Below are positions 1 through 10,492 of a DNA stretch of 64,000 nt, in pieces. Source of the DNA: Chara braunii (taxonomy: Eukaryota > Plantae > Charophyceae); the NCBI GenBank assembly GCA_003427395.1, contig BFEA01000030.1:2223722-2287721 (forward strand), in the 5' to 3' direction. The position numbers and the translations under genes are program-made. Each line of letters begins with the position of its first letter. The first letter of the stretch is position 1. The notes beneath the pieces are model-generated. The model saw only the letters and a program-made list of their open reading frames with translations. It did no database searches and was not told the DNA's origin.

Positions 1-923
1 TGGACGCAACCTTGGGCGGTTGGGCAGGCTGTTCATCATCAAGATTTTTTTTTGTTCTGTTCATCTGATTGCATTTGGATTTGAATTTGGTTTTGGTTCT
101 GTATATTTCAACAGTTCACGCGGGCATGTTGGTCGGCGCTCCCAATTTTATTTTTTATTTTTGTCTGGAGGTGGTTGTATTTTTGTTGAATCCGTTGGCA
201 AATTGTGAACAGCGGGGCACGAGATTCAGTGCATTTGTTTGCCCTCACTGTGCTCCGCATTGTCATTCTAAACGTTCCTGGAGCTGGTACGTGTCACAGC
301 ACATTGATTTCTTTTTGTTCAATTAGTCAGAATGTATCTGGTCAGTGCGGCAGTCCAGATGTCGAAGGTGGAGTAGTGGACCCAACCCCTTAATATTGTT
401 GCTTGCTTGTTCCACCCATGATGTCGATCAATCAACAGATGTGTATTGATTTTGTTGTCGTGTGCCGATGATACATGTGTCGTCGTCTGCAGATGGCACG
501 AGCGCAGAGGAATGGCATCCTGACAGTTGTCGGCCTCGTTTGCTACTGGTACGTGCATGCGCCCCCCCTGTTTCTTGAATGAACTCCCCCGAGTAGTTGA
601 ATGAGGGGTGTGTACAGAAACTCCCATCTTCACCTGAATAGAATGACCTGCCATTTGATACGTATTAAAAAATAAAAGTGCTGTAAAAAAAAAAAAAAAA
701 AAAGAATGACCCACCATTATAGCTGTAGCTGTACTTTGATACACCTATGATGCTTGGGCGTCCTGTTCGGGTGGAAGGCGGTAGGGCCGCCTTTTTTTGG
801 CTTGATCTCTGGATGTCAGTTGAGGTCAGAAAAAATCTGTCAGATGCATCTGCAACTGGTCTTAATTGCAGACCGATACATCCAGAAAAGTCCCCTGTGT
901 GAGTTTGCTCTGGAGTCTTGCAG

Positions 924-1082
924 GTTTCACCATTGCCGGAACCCTCCTCTGTTTTACCCCTCGATACTTGTGGAAATTAGAAAAAGGCACCAAGCCCTGC
1001 ATCTGGAAGCCACTCGACGACTTTTGTTGGCAGCCTCGACTGAACTTCACTGCGTCAAAAGCTTTCAATCGAATGGAATCAG
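924..1082 (+). CDS. Putative host-gene exon (phase 1-1): GFTIAGTLLCFTPRYLWKLEKGTKPCIWKPLDDFCWQPRLNFTASKAFNRMES
   Basis: cttgcag| acceptor at 923 and AG|gtggga donor at 1083; 159 bp open frame; phase joins the next candidate exon. Confidence 0.45.
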
Positions 1083-1524
1083 GTGGGAGTCCGATGTGTC
1101 CTTTGTTTTCTCCATTGTATAATTATTATTATTATTATTATTAAATTATGTTGTTTTTTTTTTGTGTGTGTGTGTGTTTGCGTGAGTGATTTGTAGTCGT
1201 GGACTCGGCGTGTATTCGTCGTGTCGAACGCTCTGTGATTGTTCCAAGCATCTGCCTTTTCTTTTCTTCTCTCGTTTTTTTTACCTCATGCTATCAAACC
1301 TACATACCTTGCGCTTTCTACCTACAGCTCTTAGGAAGCAAATGTGTTTATCTACCCTGCGTAGAGTGGATAGACAAATGTTTCCTTCCTAAGCCGAATT
1401 CCTGAACCCCCAGCGAGGGGTGGTTGGCCTGGGGCAAGGCCTCTCAGAGAGGCCAGGCGCCTACCGAGAGCGGCCAGGGTGGGCAAGCCAAGTATGTCAG
1501 CTGGTGCACACCAAGCACGCCGCA

Positions 1525-1597
1525 GGCGGCCGTGGGTGATTGAACCTATGACCTCCTGAACACCACTTGTGTGTGAAACGAACTGCGCTATGCCGCT
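1525..1597 (-). mobile_element. tRNA-derived SINE head or tRNA pseudogene
   Basis: Minus strand reads GCGGCATAGCGCAGTT (A-box-like) ... GAGGTCATAGGTTCAATCAC (B-box-like) ... GCCGC; ends can pair like an acceptor stem; anticodon arm degenerate. Confidence 0.55.
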
Positions 1598-1716
1598 TGC
1601 GTCTTCCTAACGTTTGGCAGATTTCTTTCCTTGTCACCTTGTCCTTCGTAATTCGTCAACATAGAGGCTCGCCACCATGAAGTGTTTCTTTCCCTCCTGC
1701 CTGATCTCCTGCCTGA

Positions 1717-1748
<32 letters not shown>

Positions 1749-1749
<1 letters not shown>

Positions 1750-1786
1750 TGTCTCTTATACACATCTAGATGTGTATAAGAGACAG
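1749..1786. other. Nextera mate-pair junction adapter (assembly artefact)
   Basis: Exact CTGTCTCTTATACACATCT+AGATGTGTATAAGAGACAG, two Tn5 mosaic ends back to back. Confidence 0.98.
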
Positions 1787-1841
1787 GATTATGCCCATCA
1801 ATGGCCAGAAATGAAGGATCTTGTCCAGTGGGACTTGGCCC

Positions 1842-1885
1842 CAGGGGCCATGCTAATCTTCATTCATTCTCTGTATCGTTCCAAA
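1842..1885 (-). pseudogene. U6 snRNA core fragment
   Basis: Minus strand TTGGAACGATACAGAGAA[TGAATGAA]GATTAGCATGGCCCCTG equals the U6 core with an 8-nt insertion. Confidence 0.85.
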
Positions 1886-1908
1886 TTCGAATTAAAAAAA
1901 AATAAAAA

Positions 1909-1993
1909 AATTTGCGTAGGGGCCATGCTAATCTTCATTCATTCTCTGTATAATCGTTCCAAAGTCCAATTTTGAACGGATGTCCGTAAGGAC
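1909..1993 (-). pseudogene. U6 snRNA pseudogene with plant-type 5' stem-loop
   Basis: Minus strand GTCCTTACGGACATCCGTTCAAAATTGG...ACAGAGAA[TGAATGAA]GATTAGCATGGCCCCT-ACGCAAATT followed by a T run; internal stem-loop deleted. Confidence 0.85.
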
Positions 1994-2110
1994 GGCCGCT
2001 GTTTTCCATATCGCCAAAGGGCATCCGCTGGATACCTCCGACTGCAATCACGTCGAGAGCTGAGTCGGAAAAGTTCAGGGCCCCCCCCAAAAAAAAAAAA
2101 AAAAGTCCTT

Positions 2111-2182
2111 CCATCTTCCCCTGAATACAACGTACGGTAATGCATGCGCAATGACCGTACGTTGTATTCGGGGGGAAGAAGG
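2111..2182. mobile_element. Tc1/mariner-like MITE (TA|CCGTCTTCCCCCGAA.. TIR family)
   Basis: Palindrome ccatcttcccctgaatacaacgtacggt...accgtacgttgtattcggggggaagaagg|ta; related copies at 13074-13173 and 16545-17217. Confidence 0.7.
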
Positions 2183-2532
2183 TAGTGTGAGTATGCCCTA
2201 ATGGCTTATCCACTCGACTCCGAATCTATTTTAGAAATGGATTTTGGATTTTGGATTTTGTCTCACGGAATCGCTAGACCCGGGCCATGAATCTTTTTTT
2301 TTTTCTTTTTCTTTTTTTTTTTCGGCCGTCTCAATCCCAGCCCATGTATCTGAACGGCGCACGCGTGTAAGAGTTGATGAACAGAATCCCCTGATGAAAC
2401 AAGATGAATGCAAACATGTTAGGGGCTACCTCACCACCAAAAAAAAGGAGCAAAAGAGAAAAAAAAAATCACCACGACCCTGAAGCTGCTCCGCGTAGAG
2501 TGGACGGACATGTTCAATGTACCGACTGGCCT

Positions 2533-2738
2533 GCCTTGGGTCCAACTCGACTTTTTCCCGCCGTTATCGGGATCGGGATCCTGAAGCGCCTGCCTTGCTA
2601 TCGCGAGCTGTCACGACTGGCCAGAGTATCCCGATCCCCATAACGGCGGGAAAAAGTAGTCGTGACCACGGACTGTCACGAAGGGCCGAAGTATCCCGTC
2701 CCGATAACGGCGGGAAAAAGTCGATTTAACCAAGGGGC
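2533..2738. mobile_element. Foldback MITE-like element with duplicated right arm
   Basis: tcgactttttcccgccgttatcggga near 2547 is inverted at ~2699-2724; a second arm copy lies at ~2626-2657. Confidence 0.55.
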
Positions 2739-3039
2739 CTAGCCCACCCAGTCGGGACACCCATGAGCTGTTGAAATACAGGCCCAAGTTTGAATCGGGA
2801 TCGGGATGCAATCAGATTCTAAATTACCTGAGGGCCAGTCAGTTCAATGATTTTTTTTTCCCCCCCTCTTTTCTTTCAATGATGACGTCTCAAGGCCATC
2901 GCCCTTTTAAACAGAGGGAAAGAAGGGAAGGAGGATTTTTTTTCTTAAAAAAAAAAGAAAAAACAATACTCGTGGTATTTTTTGGAAAACATAAAAAATC
3001 ACCACCGCTACTCCTGGTATTACCTTTTTTGAATTAAAG

Positions 3040-3185
3040 AATCCCAGGGGCGAGGTGCCACTAGCAAAAAGGAGTGGATTAAGCTTCTGAATCTGGATGG
3101 GTTTATGCACAGATGCAGAAGAACATATCAATCCCTCGTCCACATTCAGGTGCTGGATCCTTCCGTAGTGGGCGACGTCCATGGA
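3040..3185. mobile_element. Foldback MITE family copy
   Basis: ccaggggcgaggt..ctagcaaaaagga..ctgaatctggatg..gcacagatgcagaa is shared with 4001-4178 and 16804-16961. Confidence 0.55.
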
Positions 3186-3371
3186 TAAGGACACACACTC
3201 TGTCCTGTGAATTATGAAGACGGACGGCAAACATGAAGAGAGACTGAGAACTGCCTGTGTGGCGATGCCTGAGTGTGGTGTTGTGTTTGTGTGGGTGTGA
3301 GTTGAAGGACACTACAGCCATGCAGGGGTGTGGTGGATGTCATGACCGGCATGGATCCACTTTTGTACACC

Positions 3372-3447
3372 CTGCCGTGGTTGTAGTGGTTTAAGAAAAT
3401 CGGCTCTTGAGGCTGAGGTCGCCTGTTCGAATCCGTGCATCCATGCA
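3372..3447 (+). mobile_element. tRNA-derived SINE head or tRNA pseudogene
   Basis: A-box-like TGGTTGTAGTGG and B-box GTTCGAATCC (3425-3434) at tRNA-like spacing. Confidence 0.55.
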
Positions 3448-3921
3448 TGCATGCACGGAGGAGGTCCGAGGCTGATAAAAGTACAGACTCTGTCCGGGGG
3501 GAAAAAAAGAAAAGTTTAGAAAACAGAGTTCGGAGGAAAAAAGAACAGATAGTCTGCCCGCCCGTAGTTAAGGGACATCGGGAGCAGAAAGTAAGAAAAA
3601 ATTACTCTGTCCGTAGAGAAAAAAAAAAAAAAAAAAAAAAGATAGGCGGTCTCTTGGATAGGAATGGGACACTGGACCAGAAGGCGCCTGGAAACCTCTA
3701 ACCCTTAGTGGTTTCCAGTCGCCGCGTTGTCTGAGCCTAATCTGGGTAATGGCCCCAGTTTTCCGGGTCGAATTGTGAGGTCCTCGGCCTTGTTCCTATG
3801 TTTTTGTAATAAAATTGTCCCCCCTTCCCCCCTTCCCCCCCCCCCCTTCTCTGTCCATAAGTGGACGCGTTGTGTATTTCTTTGTAGATGCTTTTGTTGT
3901 TTTGTACGAGTTCTGTGACAG

Positions 3922-3967
3922 CTTTGCGGTGCAGGTGTTCAGGTCTCGCCAGGGCTTGGGCCGATAA
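3922..3967 (+). CDS. Putative host-gene micro-exon (phase 1-2): LRCRCSGLARAWADK; alternative in-frame acceptor at 3943
   Basis: tgtgacag| acceptor and AA|gtgagc donor; phases bridge exons 924-1082 and 5070-5338. Confidence 0.4.
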
Positions 3968-4000
3968 GTGAGCTCCCGGTCTTTTGGGTAAGACTGAGGA

Positions 4001-4178
4001 ACCCGGGGACGAGGTCCCTTTAGCGAAGAGGATTGGATTGAACGAGTGGATCTGGACGTGCTTGTGGAGAGGTGCAGAAAATTGCGATGGATCTGCTTCT
4101 CTGCATCTCTGCTTTCAACACATCCAGATTAAGGTGCTCAATCCTATCCTCGGTGCTGGTGGGACCTCGCCCCTGGGC
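4001..4178. mobile_element. Foldback MITE, imperfect ~180-bp palindrome
   Basis: cccggggacgaggtccc...gggacctcgccctggg ends with internal inverted symmetry (atctgga/tccagat, tgcaga/tctgca). Confidence 0.65.
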
Positions 4179-4427
4179 CCAGCCCTGGTAACCGAAATTG
4201 GGTAGTGCTTCCAGTATTTTCGGGGTAGAGTGTGAGGAACCCCGCCTCAGATTGATCATTGTGATAGAGTGAAGTGGAATTTGTAGAAAAAAAGGGGGAA
4301 AAAGTAATTGCGTCTGTGTCGGGACAGAGACGCGGTGCGCCTTGGCTGTGGAATGCATCATCTATGCCATAGCCATTATCAATCTATTGCGACTGCCGCC
4401 GTCTGTCCTGAAGGGTGTCCAACATTN

Positions 4428-4497
<70 letters not shown>
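4428..4497. repeat. (GA)n microsatellite
   Basis: Direct reading. Confidence 0.95.
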
Positions 4498-4499
<2 letters not shown>

Positions 4500-4837
4500 A
4501 TACCCAAATGCGTTTTTGCGTGTCGGGTTACAGTGATTGTTTTGGAGGTTGGGCGTGTGTGTGAGGTTCAGGCATATGTGCCTCCACAGTCAGCTGCCCT
4601 AAAGGTTGTGGGTGAACATATGAAGAAAGGGGTGGCCGAGCAAGAGAAGATATAATCGCCAACGTTCAAAACAGTCAAAGATGATTATAAAATTATAATA
4701 AATCTTTGTATCGCATAACTGTGCAAAGGAATGTTCAATTTTCGTTCGAATCCCTTATTGGACGAACAGACCAACCTGCAGTTGTAGCATCCAACGGAAG
4801 AGAATCGCTCATGTCAAAGCGGTGCTGAAAATTCTAG

Positions 4838-5062
4838 GTGTAACTGGTCATGCTGTTTGGGTAAAGGGACTGGTGTATCTGGTCTTGCTGTTTGGGTAAA
4901 GGGACTGGTGTAACTGGTCATGCTGTTTGTGGCGTCATGCTGTTTGTGGCGTCATGCTGTTTGTGGCGTCATGCTGTTTGTGGCCTCATGCTGTTTGTGG
5001 CGTCATGCTGTTTGTGGCCTCGTGCTGTTTGTGGCCTCATGCTGTTTGTGGCCTCATGCTGT
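4838..5062 (+). repeat. 35-bp repeat x2 followed by 17-bp minisatellite (STCATGCTGTTTGTGGC) x~8.5
   Basis: Direct reading; the array runs into the 3' splice site at 5069. Confidence 0.9.
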
Positions 5063-5069
5063 ATTGCAG

Positions 5070-5338
5070 GTTGCTGTACCGATTTATTACCATTCAGCAA
5101 TGTATCTCACAGTTGGAGAACGATAAGTCGAAGAGTGACAACGAGGTGACCGCCCTGAGGAAGGAGCTTGGAGGTCTGCAGGATGATTTGGAGAAGAAGA
5201 AGTCTGAGATGAGAGAGAAGTTGATGCTCATTGAGAAGTTGGAACAGAAGGTCGATCTTGCCGACGAAGAGATTGCGAGGAATGTCAATCATGCCAATGA
5301 GCTGGAGCAGGAGCTTCGCCTGCGGAAGCATTCTACTG
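5070..5338 (+). CDS. Host-gene exon encoding a coiled coil (LLYRFITIQQCISQLENDKSKSDNEVTALRKELGGLQDDLEKKK...ELEQELRLRKHST)
   Basis: ttgcag| acceptor; clear heptad E/K/L-rich open frame; GT donor at 5339 is weak. Confidence 0.7.
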
Positions 5339-5809
5339 GTGCCATGCCTTGATTGGAGGAAAAATGGCCGGAAAAAAAAAAACAAAAAAAAACTGGACAG
5401 GTGAAGACCCTTTGGGGGTGATGACAGATTGGCTTTGATCAAAGCATCGCAGGGGATGGATACATTTTCTCTTCGAAAGGTAGGCAGGGGTGTGACGATG
5501 GACATGGAAGAGTGAGTAGAGGATGTTAAGCTGGCTGGCAGTGGGGGGTTGATATTGTTGCTGCAATCCTGGGACGGTGGAAGTGCTGGCTTATGTGAAC
5601 GACAGCCTGTTGTTGTTGTTGTTGTTATTGTTTTTTTTTTGTTTTGTTTTTTTTTTGGCCTCTTTTGGCTGAAAACTCGTGAAAAGCAGCTGTGGCAAGT
5701 ACTAAACATGTTTGTGTGTAGTTATTGAGTCCTTCCTCTATGCTTCTAGACAGCCACAACAGTCCTCTCCTTCCTGTGTTTCTCCTTAAACCAACTGTAC
5801 CTTGCCCAG

Positions 5810-5964
5810 GCAAAGTCGAGAATCGAAATCGTGACAATCCGGGTTCTGTGGATGAACAGTGCTACCGGACCGAAACGGCTCGCGGCACCATCCAGAAAAG
5901 AGAAAAATTGCACCGCTGGCGGCTCTTTTGCTTTTGGCATCTAGTGCAAATCCTCGTCAGGAAA
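5810..5964 (+). CDS. Putative host-gene exon (phase 1-0): GKVENRNRDNPGSVDEQCYRTETARGTIQKREKLHRWRLFCFWHLVQILVRK
   Basis: Pyrimidine tract then cccag| acceptor; AAA|gtgagg donor; phase matches the preceding exon. Confidence 0.55.
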
Positions 5965-6557
5965 GTGAGGCTCAGATGTACTGCTGGTTCGAACCACTCT
6001 GACTGAACGCTTGCATGTGGAGGGGGAGGGGGAAAGGGAGGGAGGGGGGGGGTGCGGGATAGGGTGGTTGGAGAGGGTAAGAGGGAAAGGGGATAGGGCG
6101 GTGGTGTCTGGTTAGACCTCAAGCCCTGGTTGTATAGCTGACCTTGTGCAGGGGGGAGGTTTTGCATTTTGTTGGTGTCAACAATTTCTTTACCCTATCT
6201 GTTTTTTAAGAGAGAGCGTAGAGGTTGCCTCGATCGGCGCCAGGCTCTCCGTGAGTGGACGCCTCGCACCGAGCTATTTTATAGGTAAAGGCAGATAAGG
6301 AATCCTCTATAAGGTTTTGTTGTGTGCGTGGTGGGTAGAGATGTTGTTGACGGTCGAGGATTAAGGGAAAGTTGGATTAAGGGAAAGTTTTGACTGACAG
6401 CTGAGTCGTGTGATGATGGAATGGTGGGATTAATCTTTGCCACTGTGTTTGCTTGAGTTTTAAGGGGGTTTGCGGGAGGCACGACAGGGCAGAGGGGGAG
6501 GAGGGGGGGCCGGGGGGGAGCGGAAGGGTGTGTCCGCTGTGCTGAATGGTTGGTGGG

Positions 6558-7329
6558 NNNNNNNNNNNNNNNNNNNNNNNNNNNNNNNNNNNNNNNNNNN
6601 NNNNNNNNNNNNNNNNNNNNNNNNNNNNNNNNNNNNNNNNNNNNNNNNNNNNNNNNNNNNNNNNNNNNNNNNNNNNNNNNNNNNNNNNNNNNNNNNNNNN
6701 NNNNNNNNNNNNNNNNNNNNNNNNNNNNNNNNNNNNNNNNNNNNNNNNNNNNNNNNNNNNNNNNNNNNNNNNNNNNNNNNNNNNNNNNNNNNNNNNNNNN
6801 NNNNNNNNNNNNNNNNNNNNNNNNNNNNNNNNNNNNNNNNNNNNNNNNNNNNNNNNNNNNNNNNNNNNNNNNNNNNNNNNNNNNNNNNNNNNNNNNNNNN
6901 NNNNNNNNNNNNNNNNNNNNNNNNNNNNNNNNNNNNNNNNNNNNNNNNNNNNNNNNNNNNNNNNNNNNNNNNNNNNNNNNNNNNNNNNNNNNNNNNNNNN
7001 NNNNNNNNNNNNNNNNNNNNNNNNNNNNNNNNNNNNNNNNNNNNNNNNNNNNNNNNNNNNNNNNNNNNNNNNNNNNNNNNNNNNNNNNNNNNNNNNNNNN
7101 NNNNNNNNNNNNNNNNNNNNNNNNNNNNNNNNNNNNNNNNNNNNNNNNNNNNNNNNNNNNNNNNNNNNNNNNNNNNNNNNNNNNNNNNNNNNNNNNNNNN
7201 NNNNNNNNNNNNNNNNNNNNNNNNNNNNNNNNNNNNNNNNNNNNNNNNNNNNNNNNNNNNNNNNNNNNNNNNNNNNNNNNNNNNNNNNNNNNNNNNNNNN
7301 NNNNNNNNNNNNNNNNNNNNNNNNNNNNN
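6558..7329. other. Assembly gap (N)
   Basis: N run. Confidence 1.
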
Positions 7330-8166
7330 TCTTCCATGTTTTTTCTTTTCAAAATGTCAGAGAAATCACTTCTGGTTTTCTTTGGTTGTCGTTTCATTAT
7401 GTGTTTCAGTTGACTTCATAAGTTCTGTCTAGATGCAACTGCAGGTCCAGGCGGCAGTAGTTGCAACTGCAGATCCAGGCTGTGGTAGGCATTAAGTCCT
7501 TGCAAGCAGGGCAGGGATAAGGTAGGTTGGATGCAAGCAGATGGTAGCATACATTCTACGTACATCTACGTGTCCTGCTATGGGCACTAAATGATTGAAT
7601 TGCTTGTCCCTGTTGTTGTGTTAGGTAGTTGCATTATAGTTTGTGTTTGGTCATATCATTCTTTCTTCTTTCTTTCTTTTTAAGTCCATCCTGCACGCTT
7701 GTGATGATGTACGTCTTTGAGATGAGATGAGATTTGTGTCTTCTGACAGCGCCATGCTCGCAATTGCATTCGATGCCTCACTACGCCATGCTGTTTCAAA
7801 CGATTTCTGTTTGGCTTTTTACTTCTTTTTTGTTTGCCTCTGTGTCGTTTGGCCTCGCCACACCAGTCTTGGACAGTCGTTTTCACAGGACTGCAGCTCT
7901 AGAAACTTTTCAAAACCCCGAGCCGAAAATACGCAACTTGTGTTAGAACTTAAAATTCTTCTCCAAGAGCTGCAGTTCTTCTCCAACCTCGTGAAACACT
8001 TCAGTTCCTCACAGGACCCCTGCAACTCACGGGACCCTTGATTTCAAGTGTCTTCGGTTGACCCCTCACAGGACCCTTGATTTCAAGAGGCGTCAGCTGA
8101 CACGTCTCGGAAAAAAAAAATTGGTCGTCTTTTCCGCATCGTCTGCTTCGACCAAGAAGTGTGCTG

Positions 8167-8377
8167 TTTAAACCACCTGAAATTTTTGACGACCGCCGAG
8201 CCTGGGAATGCCCTGCGTGTCCGGGGGGGCGGGGGGGGAGGGGAGGAACGATGCAGAGGGGACCTCCTTTTGGCTGGAGGCACGAGCCGTTTGCTCTGGT
8301 AGGCTGACCCCAGAAACTTGTGGCCGCATGCACACCACATTGGAGAAAAAAGGGTGGGAAACGTACTGGTGGTTTAA
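8167..8377. mobile_element. Single TTAA-bounded unit of the ACCACCAGTAC-TIR family
   Basis: ttaa|accacctg ... gtactggtggt|ttaa; internal sequence resembles other units. Confidence 0.6.
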
Positions 8378-9883
8378 TAGTCCCTCTTTCAAGCCTGCTG
8401 TGTCCGAGTGCCAGACGTGATGCGAGTGGGAAAAGAGGGATGAAGATCTGGATGTCGAGCAGGGCTGAGCTTGAAAGAGCTTTCAGGACTGCAGGGCTGG
8501 GTTGGCAACCCGCTGCTTCTGCCATGCCGGAGCTGACCAGATCAAACCGGTTGAGAGGTGGTTCAACCGGAATTCCAGTTGCTTCTGCCATGCCGGAGCT
8601 GACCAGATAATACCCCATCAGGGCCAGAACATGAATTTGCACAATACCCTCACAGGGTAGATTGCAAAGATTCAAATCGTAGAAGGTATTGCACAAACTT
8701 TTGGAATTTTGGAGCGGTATTCTGCTCGACCCACGACTTCCAGGCCTGTTTTAGCGTACACGTGAACTGACAGGGGGTTGCAGGGGTATTTTGCAAAATC
8801 TCGCTTTGTTTTGATGTTTTTATGAAGGTGGAATTCTTTTCCGTGTATCGCCGATGCTACGTGTCAGCAGGTTGCAGCGATCGTCACGAACATTGGCCGC
8901 TGCAAGGGTTTCTAGAGCACCTGATGATGTAGACAATGGCATTCGATTGGATGCCCAGAGCTCTTGGGGAGTTATAACATCGGGACATTTGGAGTTGTAG
9001 GGGAGTGGAGGTGGCTTGAGCAGCATGCATCTGCTGTGGTTTCTGTTCACTTTTTCGAATGTTATTGTGAGGGCGAATTCACATGAGGACTTTTTAAACT
9101 GGGCTCTGGACGTCCCTGAGCTCCAGATGTGTCCGGAGACGTCCTGGTCGGGTCGTAGTTGTGGTCAGATACATTTAAGATATGTGTGGTGCTAGTGTGA
9201 GTATGCTCTGAGAAGTGGGGCACAAATTTGACATCACTGCTGTTCGGTCTTCTGAAGTGATTGCGAAAGTGAAAGTATCGCGTTGCCTCTGCTGTGGTTG
9301 CTGCCATTCTCCTGCAAATAGAACACATGGTCGTTGTAGCTGTATCTGGACTGAGAATTGCCCAAATACTGGTACAGCGAAGGTGATGTTCTATTCAGGG
9401 AAAGAAGGTGCTGGTGGGGATTCTTAAACCGCAAGTGCACGGCCCCAGCCTTGCAGAAAGTTTTTGTTGCCACAAGCGAAACTCGGAGGGGCCGCATGGC
9501 GTGGGGCGCCATTGAAAAAAAAAAATTGGTGGCCTCCGAAGTGGTGTGGGTTTCGCGCTGACCGCTGGGGGCAGATGTGTGGTGTACTGGCGCTTTAAGG
9601 CGATACTCACAGTAGCACATTCAGAAATGTATCTGACTGCAATGGCAGCCAGACTCCGATGCATCTGACTGGAATCTTCTCCAGCCATATCAGGGGTGAT
9701 TCTTCATTTTTCTAACATGTATGTGAAAGTGTAATTTGCCAGCTATTTCGTCTCAAGGAAAGTCTTTGTTAAACCACCCGTACTCCCTTTCCCCATGAAT
9801 AGACTGGAGCATGTCTCAAACAAACAAAAAAAAAAAAAAAAAAAAAAAATCTCTTTCCCAGATTTTAAGTTTTGACGTGGCGG

Positions 9884-10311
9884 TTAAACCACCAGTACTT
9901 GGCCCAGCTATCGGCCGAGGAAAAAAAAAAAGAGTAGAAACGTTTCTAGTCGGATGAATTTGGGCGCTCTTGTAGTAGCCCGTACATTTCCTAGAATCGT
10001 GGTGCGTCAACGGGCCGCGACTCTAGGAAGTACTGGTGGTTTAAGTCACCAGCACCTTCGACCATGGAGTGCTGTGGAAATGCCCTGTGTGCCCAAAAGA
10101 AAAGTGAAGGGGGGCAGGCCTTCTTTTTGTTGGCCAGGCCAGCCATTCTCCTCCGGTTGCCCAACACCCAAACTGCAGGAGATGCGGTGCAGGCCTTCTT
10201 AGGGCTGGTGCTGCCAGCCATTTTGCTCATGGTAGCCCAACCGCAGAAATTCACGACGCAGAAATGGCTCGGTCGAAAAAGAAATGGCTGGGCGACGTAC
10301 TGGTGGTTTAG
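9884..10311. mobile_element. Two tandem TTAA-bounded TIR units
   Basis: TTAA 9884-87, unit 9888-10040, TTAA 10041-44, unit 10045-10307. Confidence 0.7.
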
Positions 10312-10492
10312 CCCGCGCCCTGCTTTTGCAGGGGCTCATGCAAAGCAGGGGCTCAGGCTACCTGACCAAAACGACTTGCAACGCCAGGCAAAATGCAAAT
10401 ATTATTATTATATAATAAAAATAAATAATAGAAATAATATTTTCCATACAGAGAATAGAAAAAGTTGTTAGCCAACCAACAAAGACGAGGAG

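Noticed and set aside
1749-1786. Tn5/IS50 ends suggesting a bacterial transposon or horizontal transfer
   Set aside because: Back-to-back mosaic ends are the Nextera junction adapter.
3372-3447. Functional tRNA gene (also 1525-1597)
   Set aside because: A and B boxes are present but a full cloverleaf cannot be formed; called SINE head or pseudogene instead.
6279-7432. Long ORFs spanning N runs (also 45271-46725 and 52645-53872)
   Set aside because: They are open only because of assembly gaps.
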